A stretch of DNA of 64,000 nt from Macrostomum lignano (taxonomy: Eukaryota), in contig NIVC01000257.1 of assembly GCA_002269645.1 (NCBI GenBank), positions 526,011 to 590,010 of the forward strand, read 5' to 3'. Position numbers and translations under genes: made by a program. Below, in pieces: positions 25,870 to 37,676 of this stretch. Below the pieces are notes generated by a model. The model saw nothing but the letters and a program-made list of their open reading frames with translations, was not told where the DNA came from and searched no databases. How positions within the stretch are numbered: the stretch's first letter is position 1; every line of letters starts with the position of its first letter.

Positions 25870-28172
25870 GTTTTATTTGGGATCGGGATTCTTATATCTT
25901 GGGATAATTTGTTGGTTGAGGATGTTGATGGGCATCGGGATTCTTATAATTTGAGATATTTATAAGTTGGGGATATTGATGGAGATCGGGATTCTTATAA
26001 TTTGGGATAATTTAGGATTTAGGGATATTGATGAGCATCGGGATTCTTATAATTTGAGATAATTTATAGGTTGGGGATATTGATGAGGATCGGGATTCTT
26101 ATAATTTGAGATAATTTATAAGTTGGGGATAATGATGGAGATCGGGATTCTTATAATTTGGGATAATTTAGGATTTAGGGATATTGATGAGGATCGGGAT
26201 TCTTATAATTTGAGATAATTTATAGGTTGGGGATATTGATGAGGATCGGGATTCTTCTAATTTGAGATAATTTATAGGTTGGGGATAATGATGAGGATCG
26301 GGATTCTTATAATTTGAGATAATTTATAGGTTGGGGATAATGATGAGGATCGGGATTCTTATAATTTGAGATAATTTATAGGTTGGGGATATTGATGAGG
26401 ATCGGGATTCTTATAATTTGGGATAATTTATAGGTTGGGGATAATTATGAGGATCGGGATTCTTATAATTTGAGATAATTTATAAGTTGGGGATATTGAT
26501 GAGGATCGGGATTCTTATAATTTGAGATAATTTATAAGTTGGGGATATTGATGAGGATCGGGATTCTTATAATTTGAGATAATTTATAAGTTGGGGATAA
26601 TGATGAGGATCGGGATTCTTATAATTTGAGATAATTTATAGGTTGGGGATATTGATGGAGATCGGGATTCTTATAATTTGAGATAATTTATAAGTTGGGG
26701 ATATTGATGGAGATCGGAATTCTTATAATTTGGGATAATTTAGGATTTAGGGATATTGATGAGGATCGGGATTCTTATAATTTGAGATAATTTATAGGTT
26801 GGGGATATTGATGAGGATCGGGATTCTTATAATTTGAGATAATTTATAAGTTGGGGATAATGATGGAGATCGGGATTCTATAATTTGAGATAATTTATAG
26901 GTTGTGGATAATGATGGGGATCGGGATTCTTATAATTTGAGATAATTTATAGGTTGGGTATAATGATGAGGATCGGGATTCTTATAATTTGAGATAATTT
27001 ATAAGTTGGGGATAATGATGAGGATCGGGATTCTTATAATTTGAGATAATTTATAGGTTGGGGATATTGATGACGATCGGGATTCTTATAATTTGAGATA
27101 ATTTATAAGTTGGGGATAATGATGAGGATCGGGATTCTTATAATTTGAGATAATTTATAAGTTGGGGATAATGATGAGGATCGGGATTCTTATAATTTGA
27201 GATAATTTATAAGTTGGAGATAATGATGAGGATCGGGATTCTTATAATTTGAGATAATTTATAGGTTAGGGATATTGATGAGGATCGGGATTCTTATAAT
27301 TTGAGATAATTTATAGGTTGGGGATAATGATGGGGATCGGGATTCTTATAATTTGAGATAATTTATAGGTTGGGGATAATGATGGGGATCGGGATTCTTA
27401 TAATTTGAGTTATTTTGAGATAATTTATAGGTTGGGGATATTGATGAGGATCGGAATTCTTATAATTTGAGATAATTTATAGGTTGGGGATATTGATGGG
27501 AATCGGGATTCTTATAATTTGAGATAATTTATAGGTTGGGGATAATGATGGGGATCGGGATTCTTATAATTTGAGATAATTTATAGGTTGGGGATAATGA
27601 TGAGGATCGGGATTCTTATAATTTGAGATAATTTATAGGTTGGGGATATTGATGAGGATCGGGATTCTTATAATTTGAGATAATTTATAGGTTGGGGATA
27701 ATGATGGGGATCGGGATTCTTATAATTTGAAATAATTTATAGGTTGGGGATATTGATGAGGATCGGGATTCTTATAATTTGAGATAATTTATAGGTTGGG
27801 GATAATGATGGGGATCGGGATTCTTCTAATTTGAGATAATTTATAAGTTGGGGATATTGATGGGGATCGGGATTCTTATAATTTGAGATAATTTATAAGT
27901 TGGGGATATTGATGGGGATCGGGATTCTTATAATTTGGGATAATTTATAGGTTGGGGATAATGATGGGGATCGGGATTCTTATAATTTGAGATAATTTAT
28001 AGGTTGGGGATAATGATGGGGATCGGGATTCTTATAATTTGAGATAATTTATAAGTTGAGGATAATGATGGGGATCGGGATTCTTATAATTTGAGATAAT
28101 TTATAAGTTGGAGATATTGATGGGCATCGGGATTCTTCTAATTTGGGATAATTTATGAGCTGGGGATATTGA
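25870..28172. repeat. 52-bp intronic minisatellite (GGGATTCTTATAATTTGAGATAATTTATAGGTTGGGGATATTGATGAGGATC)
   Basis: About 44 copies, period 52 verified at 26041/26093. Confidence 0.95.
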
Positions 28173-28226
28173 TGTAGTTTTTTTAAATTAGAATACATAA
28201 TGAAAATTATATTAAACAATTCCTAG

Positions 28227-28610
28227 GCCGATGTTCGCCTCCTTGCGGGGGCCTCGGCCGCCGCTCACGCCATCCCCGCCTGCCCAGCAACAGCGGCAGC
28301 AGCCTCGCCCTCGCTTGCACCCGCGCTGCTTCCGTCAGCGCGGCAGCCGCCCCAGACTCCGCTGCCGCCGGCCGCGCCATACCGGCCGCACAGCTCATTG
28401 GCGGTAGCGAGCAGCAACCTGGCTGGTACCGCCGCTGGCGGCAAGCGGCACCTGGAACAGTTGCTAGGCGACGCTGACCTGCTGCAGGGCCGTCATTCGG
28501 GTCGATCGGCCGCCAAAGACATGCTAATTAGCTATGTGAGAGCAGAGGCTGCTCACGTGGCTGTTGTGCTCAAGGAGAAGCTCACGGCTCTGGGCTGCTC
28601 CGTGTTTCTG
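28227..28610 (+). CDS. TIR-TIR-SLOG gene exon: Ala/Pro linker plus start of TIR1
   Basis: TCCTAG|GCC...CTG|GTAAGT, 384 nt, phase 0-0, open throughout. Ends KDMLISYVRAEAAHVAVVLKEKLTALGCSVFL (TIR betaA-alphaA-betaB, typical 'FISY' motif). Confidence 0.9.
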
Positions 28611-28689
28611 GTAAGTCTGCTCTGGAGTCAATGTTTGAGTTGGTTTAGTTGATTCGTTTCCGGGGCTCGACAGTCAAATCGAAATCTAG

Positions 28690-29010
28690 AATATCAAATT
28701 TATGGGAAAAATTATCCATGTGAAATCGGAATCTAGAATCCCTAATTTATGGGGAAAATTGGCTCCCAGTGAAATCGGAATCTAGAATCCCTAATTTATG
28801 GGGAAAATTAATTCCCAGTGAAATCGGAATCCAAAATCCCAAATTTATGGAGAAAAATGGTTCCCAGTGAAATCTGAATTCAAAATCCCAAATTTATGGG
28901 AAAAACTGGTTCCCAGTGAAATCGGAATCTAGAATCTCAAATTTATGGGGAAACTTGGTTCCCAGTGAAATCGCAGTCCAGAATCACGAAAGTTTGGGGG
29001 AAATCCCAGA
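28690..29010. repeat. 49-bp intronic repeat (GTGAAATCGGAATCTAGAATCCCTAATTTATGGGGAAAATT..TCCCA)
   Basis: About 6 copies, period 49 at 28720/28769/28818. Confidence 0.85.
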
Positions 29011-29105
29011 CATTTTTGATTTTAAGCGTCTCAAAATTTAGGGTAAAAAATCCCCAAAACCTGCACACCCCACCTGTTTTCCAATCCCTCAACTCCACTC
29101 TGCAG

Positions 29106-29352
29106 GATGTCGACGAGATCGCTCTGGGCTCCGACTGGCAAGACGCTTTGAACGACGCGGTGGCAGCCACGGAGGTCTTCATCCCCTTGGTGACCCCCCG
29201 GTACGGCGCCACCCAGTGGACCAATAGAGAGGTGAAGCTGGCGGACGTGCTTGGCAAAGAGATTCTGCCTATCAGCTTCATCTCCGACTGGCCACCTCGC
29301 TGCCTAGCGATCCAGTTTGCCACCACGCAGTTTGTGCCCTGGTCTGGCGCGT
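29106..29352 (+). CDS. TIR-TIR-SLOG gene exon: core of TIR1 (TIR_2-type)
   Basis: TGCAG|GAT...GCGT|GTGAGT, phase 0-1. Peptide DVDEIALGSDWQDALNDAVAATEVFIPLVTPRYGATQWTNREVKLADVLGKEILPISFISDWPPRCLAIQFATTQFVPWSGA, with the WxxxE motif intact (Glu codon 29229-29231). Confidence 0.93.
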
Positions 29353-29384
29353 GTGAGTGCTTGAGTTGGGGCTCGGGGCGCATT

Positions 29385-30058
29385 GAGACTCGGTTTTGGC
29401 TGTACTGGGACTCGCTTTTGGGCTGTACTGGGACTCGCTTTTGGGCTGTACTGGGACTCGGTTTTGGGCTGTACTGGGACTCGGTTTTGGGCTGTACTGG
29501 GACTCGGTTTTGGGCTGTACTGGGACTCGGTTTGGGCTGTACTGGGACTCGGTTTTGGGCTGTACTGGGACTCGGTTTTGGGCTGTACTGGGACTCGCTT
29601 TCAGGCTGTACTGGGACTCGCTTTCAGGCTGTACTGGGACTCGCTTTCAGGCTGTACTGGGACTCGCTTTCAGGCTGTACTGGGACTCGCTTTAGGCTGT
29701 ACTGGGACTCGCTTTCAGGCTGTACTGGGACTCGCTTTAGGCTGTACTGGGACTCGCTTTCAGGCTGTACTGGGACTCGCTTTCAGGCTGTACTGGGACT
29801 CGCTTTAGGCTGTACTGGGACTCGGCTTTAGGCTGTACTGGGACTCGCTTTAGGCTGTACTGGGACTCGGCTTTAGGCTGTACTGGGACTCGCTTTAGGC
29901 TGTACTGGGACTCGGCTTTAGGCTGTACTGGGACTCGCTTTAGGCTGTACTGGGACTCGCTTTCAGGCTGTACTGGGACTCGCTTTAGGCTGTTCTGGGA
30001 CTCGCTTTAGGCTGTACTGGGACTCGCTTTCAGGCTGTACTGGGACTCGCTTTTAGGC
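29385..30058. repeat. 22/23-bp intronic minisatellite (GGCTGTACTGGGACTCGCTTT[CA])
   Basis: About 30 copies starting ~30 bp after the donor. Confidence 0.95.
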
Positions 30059-30499
30059 TTCATTGCGCAATTGTATCTCGTTTTCTAACTGATCAATAAC
30101 TAACGTCTACTAATTAATCTATTCATAATCAGCCATATCTGTAGAGAAAATAAAGCGCCTATAGCCAAGCCTAACTAAAGCAACAACCCAGTTTCTGACT
30201 AATTAGACAGCTTTATTTAAGGTATTTCAACCTAGCGACCTCATTCTAGCAGTAGTGCTCACATAACAGTCTCAATAGCTACCCTCTGTTTTTGATAAAA
30301 AATCTTATCTGAATTTTAGTTGCGAAAGCGGGTTAACGAGTGTAGCCATGAAGTGCGGTTGGCAATCTGCTAATTTGGCAGGTGAATGCCATGTGCTAAT
30401 GACCATTCAGCTGCGCTGTCTTGCGTGGTGCTTTTCTAGAATAGAATATTTTCGGTGGTGGTGGTTCAAGTCTCTCGAATTCTTATATTGGGAGGCTCT

Positions 30500-31952
30500 G
30501 CTGTATCTTCTGAGGGTCTTTCATGAACTGCTGTAGCCTCTGAGGGTCATTCATGAACTGCTGTAGCCTCTGAGGGTCATTCAGTGAACTACTGTATCTT
30601 CTGCAGGGTCATTCAGTGAACTGCTGTAGCCTCTGAGGGTCATTCAGTGAACTACTGTATCTTCTGCAGGGTCATTCAGTGAACTGCTGTAGCCTCTGAG
30701 GGTCATTCAGTGAACTGCTGTAACCTCTGCAGGGTCATTCAGTGAACTGCTGTAGCCTCTGAGGGTCCTTCAGTGAACTGCTGTATCTTCTGCAGGGTCA
30801 TTCAGTGAACTGCTGTAGCCTCTGAGGGTCCTTCAGTGAACTGCTGTAGCCTCTGAGGGTCCTTCAGTGAACTGCTGTATCTTCTGCAGGGTCATTCAGT
30901 GAACTGCTGTAGCCTCTGAGGGTCCTTCAGTGAACTGCTGTATCTTCTGCAGGGTCATTCAGTGAACTGCTGTAGCCTCTGAGGGTCCTTCAGTGAACTG
31001 CTGTATCTTCTGCAGGGTCATTCAGTGAACTGCTGTAGCCTCTGAGGGTCCTTCAGTGAACTGCTGTATCTTCTGCAGGGTCATTCAGTGAACTGCTGTA
31101 GCCTCTGAGGGTCCTTCAGTGAACTGCTGTATCTTCTGCAGGGTCATTCAGTGAACTGCTGTAGCCTCTGAGGGTCCTTCAGTGAACTGCTGTATCTTCT
31201 GAGGGTCATTCAGTGAACTGCTGTATCTTCTGAGGGTCATTCAGTGAACTGCTGTATCTTCTAAGGGTCATTCAGTGAACTGCTGTAGCCTCTGAGGGTC
31301 TTTCATGAACTGCTGTAGCCCCTGAGGGTCGTTTAGTGAACTGCTGTAGCCTCTGAGGGTCTTTCAGTGAACTGCTGTAGCCCCTGAGGGTCTTTCATGA
31401 ACTGCTGTAGCCTCTGAGGGTCATTTAGTGAACTGCTGTAGCCTCTGAGGGTCCTTCAGTGAACTGCTGTATCTTCTGCAGGGTCATTCAGTGAACTGCT
31501 GTAGCCTCTGAGGGTCCTTCAGTGAACTGCTGTATCTTCTGAGGGTCATTCAGTGAACTGCTGTATCTTCTGAGGGTCATTCAGTGAACTGCTGTATCTT
31601 CTAAGGGTCATTCAGTGAACTGGTGTAGCCTCTGAGGGTCTTTCAGTGAACTGCTGTAGCCTCTGAGGGTCATTCAGTGAACTACTGTATCTTCTGCAGG
31701 GTCTTTCAGTGAACTGCTGTAGCCCCTGAGGGTCTTTCATGAACTGCTGTAGCCTCTGAGGGTCCTTCAGTGAACTGCTGTATCTTCTGCAGGGTCATTC
31801 AGTGAACTGCTGTAGCCTCTGAGGGTCCTTCAGTGAACTGCTGTATCTTCTGCAGGGTCATTCAGTGAACTGCTGTAGCCTCTGAGGGTCCTTCAGTGAA
31901 CTACTGTATCTTCTGCAGGGTCATTCAGTGAACTGCTGTAGCCTCTGAGGGT
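30500..31952. repeat. 31/32-bp intronic minisatellite (GAGGGTCATTCAGTGAACTGCTGTAGCCTCT), largely alternating as a 63-bp dimer
   Basis: About 46 copies; TAGCCT and TATCTT variants alternate. Confidence 0.95.
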
Positions 31953-32011
31953 TCTTCCTCTAACACTGAGCCATCCTGCTAGATGCCAGACGGATTTCCT
32001 CCAACCCGCAG

Positions 32012-32145
32012 ACGACATCGAGTCGGCCAACATCAATGACGAGGCCGGCCGGGTGGCCGAGGAGATCCGGCGGCAGTTCGACGCCAACAAGCGGCGCCCG
32101 CCGGAGTCCGAGTCGGATGAGAGAGGAAGCGCGATGGGGCCGCCT
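32012..32145 (+). CDS. TIR-TIR-SLOG gene exon: end of TIR1 and linker
   Basis: TTTCCTCCAACCCGCAG|AC...CCT|GTGAGT, phase 1-0. Peptide (Y)DIESANINDEAGRVAEEIRRQFDANKRRPPESESDERGSAMGPP. Confidence 0.85.
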
Positions 32146-32177
32146 GTGAGTTTGAGAAGGAAACGGCGGCTTAGGAG

Positions 32178-33935
32178 TGCCAGAGACTATAGAAGAGCGC
32201 CAGAGACTATAGAAGAGCGCCAGAGACTATAGAAGAGTGCCAGAGACTATAGAAGAGCGCCAGAGACTATAGAAAGAGCGCCACAGACTATAGAAGAGCG
32301 CCAGAGACTATAGAAAGAGCGCCAGAGACTATAGAAGAGCGCCAGAGACTATAGAAGAGCGCCAGAGGCTATAGAAAGAGCGCCAGAGACTATAGAAGAG
32401 CGCCAGAAACTATAGAAAGAGCGCCAGAGACTATAGAAGTGCGCCAGAGACTATAGGAGAGTACCAGAGACTATAGAAAGAGTGCCAGAGACTATAGAAG
32501 AGCGCCAGAGACTATAGAAAGAGCGCCAGAGACTATAGAAGAGCGCCAGAGACTATAGAAGAGCGCCAGAGACTATAGAAGAGCGCCAGAGACTATAGAA
32601 GAGCGCCAGAGACTATAGAAGAGCGCCAGAGACTATAGAAGAGCGCCAGAGACTATAGAAGAGTGCCAGAGACTATAGAAGAGCGCCAGAGACTATAGAA
32701 GAGCGCCAGAGACTATAGAAGAGCGCCAGAGACTATAGGAGAGTGCCAGAGACTATAGAAGAGCGCCAGAGACTATAGAAGAGCGCCAGAGACTATAGAA
32801 GAGCGCCAGAGACTATAGAAGAGCGCCAGAGACTATAGAAGAGCGCCAGAGACTATAGAAGAGCGCCAGAGACTATAGAAGAGTGCCAGAGACTATAGAA
32901 GAGCGCCAGAGACTATAGAAGAGCGCCAGAGACTATAGAAGAGTGCCAGAGACTATAGAAGAGTGCCAGAGACTATAGAAGAGCGCCAGAGACTATAGAA
33001 GAGCGCCAGAGACTATAGAAGAGCGCCAGAGACTATAGAAGAGCGCCAGAGACTATAGAAAGAGTACCAGAGACTATAGAAGAGCGCCAGAGACTATAGA
33101 AAGAGCGCCAGAGACTATAGAAGAGCGCCAGAGACTATAGAAGAGCGCCAGAGACTATAGAAAGAGTACCAGAGACTATAGCAGAGTACCAGAGACTAAT
33201 GGAGAGTGCCAGAGACTATAGAAGAGCGCCAGAGACTATAGAAGAGCGCCAGAGACTATAGAAGAGCGCCAGAGACTATAGAAGAGCGCCAGAGACTATA
33301 GAAGAGCGCCAGAGACTATAGAAAGAGCGCCACAGACTATAGAAGAGCGCCAGAGACTATAGAAAGAGCGCCAGAGACTATAGAAGAGCGCCAGAGACTA
33401 TAGAAAGAGCGCCAGAGACTATAGAAGAGCGCCAGAGACTATAGAAGAGCGCCAGAGACTATAGAAGAGCGCCAGAGACTATAGAAGAGCGCCAGAGACT
33501 ATAGAAGAGCGCCAGAGACTATAGAAGAGTGCCAGAGACTATAGAAGAGCGCCAGAGACTATAGAAGAGCGCCAGAGACTATAGAAGAGCGCCAGAGACT
33601 ATAGGAGAGTACCAGAGACTATAGGAGAGTACCAGAGACTATAGAAGAGTACCAGAGACTATAGAAAGAGCGCCAGAGACTATAGAAGTGCGCCAGAGAC
33701 TATAGGAGAGTACCAGAGACTATAGAAAGAGTGCCAGAGACTATAGAAGAGCGCCAGAGACTATAGAAGAGTACCAGAGACTATAGAAGAGCGCCAGAGA
33801 CTATAGAAGAGCGCCAGAGACTATAGAAGAGCGCCAGAGACTATAGGAGAGTACCAGAGACTATAGGAGAGTGCCAGAGACTATAGAAGAGTACCAGAGA
33901 CTATAGCAGAGTACCAGAGACTAATGGAGAGAGCC
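32178..33935. repeat. 20/21-bp intronic minisatellite (GCCAGAGACTATAGAAGAGC)
   Basis: About 87 copies. Confidence 0.96.
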
Positions 33936-33982
33936 AGAACGTGAATAAGCGCTTACCAAGCTAAACAATCGTTGAATTTCAG

Positions 33983-34050
33983 AGCTTCAAGCGAAAGCCG
34001 ACCTGCCTATCGATAATGTCTCGCAAGTCAATCAAGTTCCGTCAGTCCAA
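33983..34050 (+). CDS. TIR-TIR-SLOG gene small exon (basic linker)
   Basis: TTTCAG|AGC...CCAA|GTAAGA, phase 0-2. Peptide SFKRKPTCLSIMSRKSIKFRQS(K), followed by an 84-nt intron. Confidence 0.75.
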
Positions 34051-34134
34051 GTAAGACTCGATTATTTTATCAAATTGTCCTTTTTTACTCTGGCCACTGC
34101 ATCTTAGTGTGCACTTCTTCTCACACTGCTCTAG

Positions 34135-34556
34135 AGAGATCGACCAATTCAACGAACAGCAGCAGAATCTCCAGCAGCAGCAACAGCAGCAAAGGAAGCA
34201 ATCCCTGCACCAGCTGCACCAGCAGCAGACACTCCGGACTGTGCAATCAAGCCTAGATGAAGATGAGGGAGTGTACCGAGCTCTGATGAGCAATCGTCAA
34301 GTGGTTGTTAGTTACCATGCCGACGACTTTGCCAAAGCCGATCAGCTGCGCTCGGCTCTGGTTAATCGGAATTTCAAAGTCTCCGTCTTTGCTATCAGCT
34401 GCTCGGTTCGCTGCTCCACTGAAGTCGGCGGCGGCTCCCAGGAGGCTGCAGCTGCCGGTACGTCGGATGCCGCTGTTGCTGCCGCTCCTGCAGCAGCTAG
34501 CGGAGCCGGCGGCGGCGACTCGGCTGGCAGTCAGGGCAGCTCGATTGGCATGAGGC
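34135..34556 (+). CDS. TIR-TIR-SLOG gene exon: poly-Gln linker, start of TIR2 and Gly/Ala-rich insertion
   Basis: CTCTAG|A...AGGC|GTGAGT, phase 2-1. Contains QVVVSYHADDFAKADQLRSALVNRNFKVSVF (TIR betaA-alphaA-betaB like). Confidence 0.85.
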
Positions 34557-34582
34557 GTGAGTGCCAATATTGGGGAGCAATG

Positions 34583-35721
34583 CGTGTGTTTATGGCTTGG
34601 AAGTGCAGTGTGCCATTTTCTACTGCGTGTGTTTATGGCTTGGGAGTGCAGTGTGCCATTTTCTACTGAGTGTGTTTATGGCTTGGGTGTGCAGTGTGTC
34701 ATTTTCTACTGCGTGTGTTTATGGCTTGGGAGTGCAGTGTGCCATTTTCTACTGAGTGTGTTTATGGCTTGGGTGTGCAGTGTGTCATTTTCTACTGCGT
34801 GTGTTTATGGCTTGGGTGTGCAGTGTGCCATTTTCTACTGCGTGTGTTTATGGCTTGGGTGTGCAGTGTGCCATTTTCTACTGCGTGTGTTTATGGCTTG
34901 GGTGTGCAGTGTGCCATTTTCTACTGCGTGTGTTTATGGCTTGGGTGTGCAGTGTGCCATTTTCTACTGCGTGTGTTTATGGCTTGGGTGTGCAGTGTGC
35001 CATTTTCTACTGCGTGTGTTTATGGCTTGGGTGTGCAGTGTGCCATTTTCTACTGCGTGTGTTTATGGCTTGGGTGTGCAGTGTGCCATTTTCTACTGCG
35101 TGTGTTTATTGCTTGGGTGTGCAGTGTGCCATTTTCTACTGCGTGTGTTTATGGCTTGGGAGTGCAGTGTGCCATTTTCTACTGCGTGTGTTTATGGCTT
35201 GGGAGTGCAGTGTGCCATTTTCTACTGAGTGTGTTTATGACTTGGGTGTGCAGTGTGCCATTTTCTACTGCGTGTGTTTATGGCTTGGGTGTGCAGTGTG
35301 CCATTTTCTACTGCGTGTGTTTATGACTTGGGTGTGCAGTGTGCCATTTTCTACTGCGTGTGTTTATGGCTTGTGAGTGCAGTGTGGCATTTTCTAATGC
35401 GTGTGTTTATGGCTTGTGAGTGCAGTGTGCCATTTTCTACTGCGTGTGTGTTTATGACTTGGGAGTTCAGTGTGCCATTTTCTAATGCGTGTGTGTGTTT
35501 ATGGCTTGGGTGTGCAGTGTGCCATTTTCTAATGCGTGTGTTTATGGCTTGTGAGTGCAGTGTGGCATTTTCTAATGCGTGTGTTTATGGCTTGTGAGTG
35601 CAGTGTGCCATTTTCTACTGCGTGTGTGTTTATGACTTGGGAGTTCAGTGTGCCATTTTCTACTGCGTGTGTTTACGGCTTTGGTGTACAGTGTGCCATT
35701 TTCTAATGCGTGTGTTTATGG
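34583..35721. repeat. 43-bp intronic minisatellite (GTGTGTTTATGGCTTGGGTGTGCAGTGTGCCATTTTCTACTGC)
   Basis: About 26 copies, period 43 at 34801/34844. Confidence 0.96.
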
Positions 35722-35912
35722 CCATCTTTTCCAATGGCGACTTTTGGAAGTGTGATTCTGAAGCTACTTTACCTAGCTACTGTCAACTGTGCACTTGGCC
35801 GATATGTTGTGTATGAACTGTTTCAAATCGCCTTCGCATAGTAACCTTAAGGTATTTTAAGTGCCAGAAAAATCCGGCAAGGCAGGTGTTCCATCTCAAC
35901 CTGCGCCTGCAG

Positions 35913-36100
35913 GTATCGGCTCCCGCGAGACTCTGATTCTCGGCGACGAGCTGGACACCTGCTCTCACTCGTCGGTAGAGCAGGCCGGCGACGAGTCTCG
36001 TGAAAGCCTGCTAGACTTTCAGACCAAGGCCGACTCGGCTGGCGCCGCCGTCTTCATCGTGTCAGACAGCTTCTTGGCGTCTAGGAGCTCTAGGAACCAT
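35913..36100 (+). CDS. TIR-TIR-SLOG gene exon: TIR2 middle
   Basis: CCTGCAG|GT ATC...CAT|GTGAGA, phase 1-0. Ends LLDFQTKADSAGAAVFIVSDSFLASRSSRNH (alphaB-betaC-alphaC like). Confidence 0.82.
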
Positions 36101-36274
36101 GTGAGACTGACGTTGCAGAATCAGGAGTTTTTTCTTCTCTTGCTACTGTTTACTTAAGCTAAGAGTAGTGTAATACGCGTTTTAGTTATTCTATGGTACT
36201 ACTTATATATAAATAGTTAACAGTAGCATAATATGCATTTTAATGATTTAAACTTTTTTGCCAAAAAATTCTAG

Positions 36275-36376
36275 ATATTCTACTGCGAACAGCGGAAGCA
36301 CATGATTCCGGTGCTGTGCGGCAACGTGCAGCTGCCCACTTGGCTTACTATGCTGTTGGAGGGCAGCAACTCTGTT
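36275..36376 (+). CDS. TIR-TIR-SLOG gene exon: TIR2 end
   Basis: TTCTAG|ATA...GTT|GTGAGA, 102 nt, phase 0-0. Peptide IFYCEQRKHMIPVLCGNVQLPTWLTMLLEGSNSV (betaD 'IPV', alphaD 'LPxWL'). Confidence 0.88.
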
Positions 36377-36504
36377 GTGAGAGTGTTTCCTGTGCCTCTG
36401 GGTTTGGGGCTCATTAGGATTTTTTATTTGACATACAAAAATAATTAACTTCTCATAAAAACAATGGTATCATCAATAACCTCTCCATAGACACACAGGT
36501 ACAG

Positions 36505-37653
36505 GTACCATAAATAAACTCCTCATAAATACACAGGCAGCATAAATAAACTGGCCGTAAACACACAGGCAGCATAAATAAACTGGCCATAAACACGCAG
36601 GCATCATAAATAAACTGCCCATAAACACGCAGGCAGCATAAATAAACTGGCCATAAACACACAGGCAGCATAAATAAACTGCCCACAAATACACAGGCAG
36701 CATAAATAAACTGGCCATAAACACACAGGCAGCATAAATAAACTGGCCATAAACACACAGGCAGCATAAATAAACTGGCCATAGACACACAGGCAGCATA
36801 AATAAACTGGCCATAAACACACAGGCAGCATAAATAAACTGGCCATAAACACGCAGGCAGCATAAATAAACTGGCCATAAACACACAGGCAGCATAAATA
36901 AACTGCCCACAAACACACAGGCAGCATAAATAAACTGGCCATAAACACGCAGGCAGCATAAATAAACTGGCCATAAACACGCAGGCAGCATAAATAAACT
37001 GGCCATAAACACACAGGCAGCATAAATAAACTGCCCACAAACACACGGGCAGCATAAATAAACTGCCCATAAACACACAGGCAGCATAAATAAACTGGCC
37101 GTAAACACACAGGCAGCATAAATAAACTGGCCATAAACACGCAGGCATCATAAATAAACTGGTCATAAACACACAGGCAGCATAAATAAACTGGTCATAA
37201 ACACACAGGCAGCATAAATAAACTGGCCATAAACACACAGGCAGCATAAATAAACTGGCCATAGACACATAGGCAGCATAAATAAACTGGCCATAAACAC
37301 ACAGGCAGCATAAATAAACTGGTCATAAACACACAGGCAGCATAAATAAACTGGCCATAAACACGCAGGCAGCATAAATAAACTGGCCATAAACACACAT
37401 GCAGCATAAATAAACTGGCCATTAACACACAGGCACAATAAATAAACTGGCCATAAACACACAGGCAGCATAAATAAACTGGCCATAAAAACGCAGGCAG
37501 CATAAATAAACTGGCCATAAACACACAGGCAGCATAAATAAACTGCCTACAAATACACAGGCAGCATAAATAAACTGCCCACAAATACACAGGCAGCATA
37601 AATAAACTGCCCACAAATACACAGGCAGCATAAATAAACTGCCCATAAACACA
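36505..37653. repeat. 32-bp intronic minisatellite (CATAAACACACAGGCAGCATAAATAAACTGGC) with AATAAA in each unit
   Basis: About 36 copies, ending ~20 nt before the acceptor at 37676. Confidence 0.96.
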
Positions 37654-37676
37654 CTGATATCCCATTGACTGCGCAG

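Noticed and set aside
28965-29831. 288-aa ORF containing TIR1
   Set aside because: Only 29106-29352 is exon. The flanks are intron repeats, bounded by a clear CAG acceptor and a GTGAGT donor.
7720-33935. CRISPR-like appearance of regular 20-50-bp repeats
   Set aside because: No unique spacers, no cas genes, and a eukaryotic spliced context.
34557-37486. Overlapping Cys-rich repeat ORFs in all frames (43-bp and 32-bp arrays)
   Set aside because: These are translations of intronic minisatellites; the period is not a multiple of 3, so the same peptide appears in every frame.
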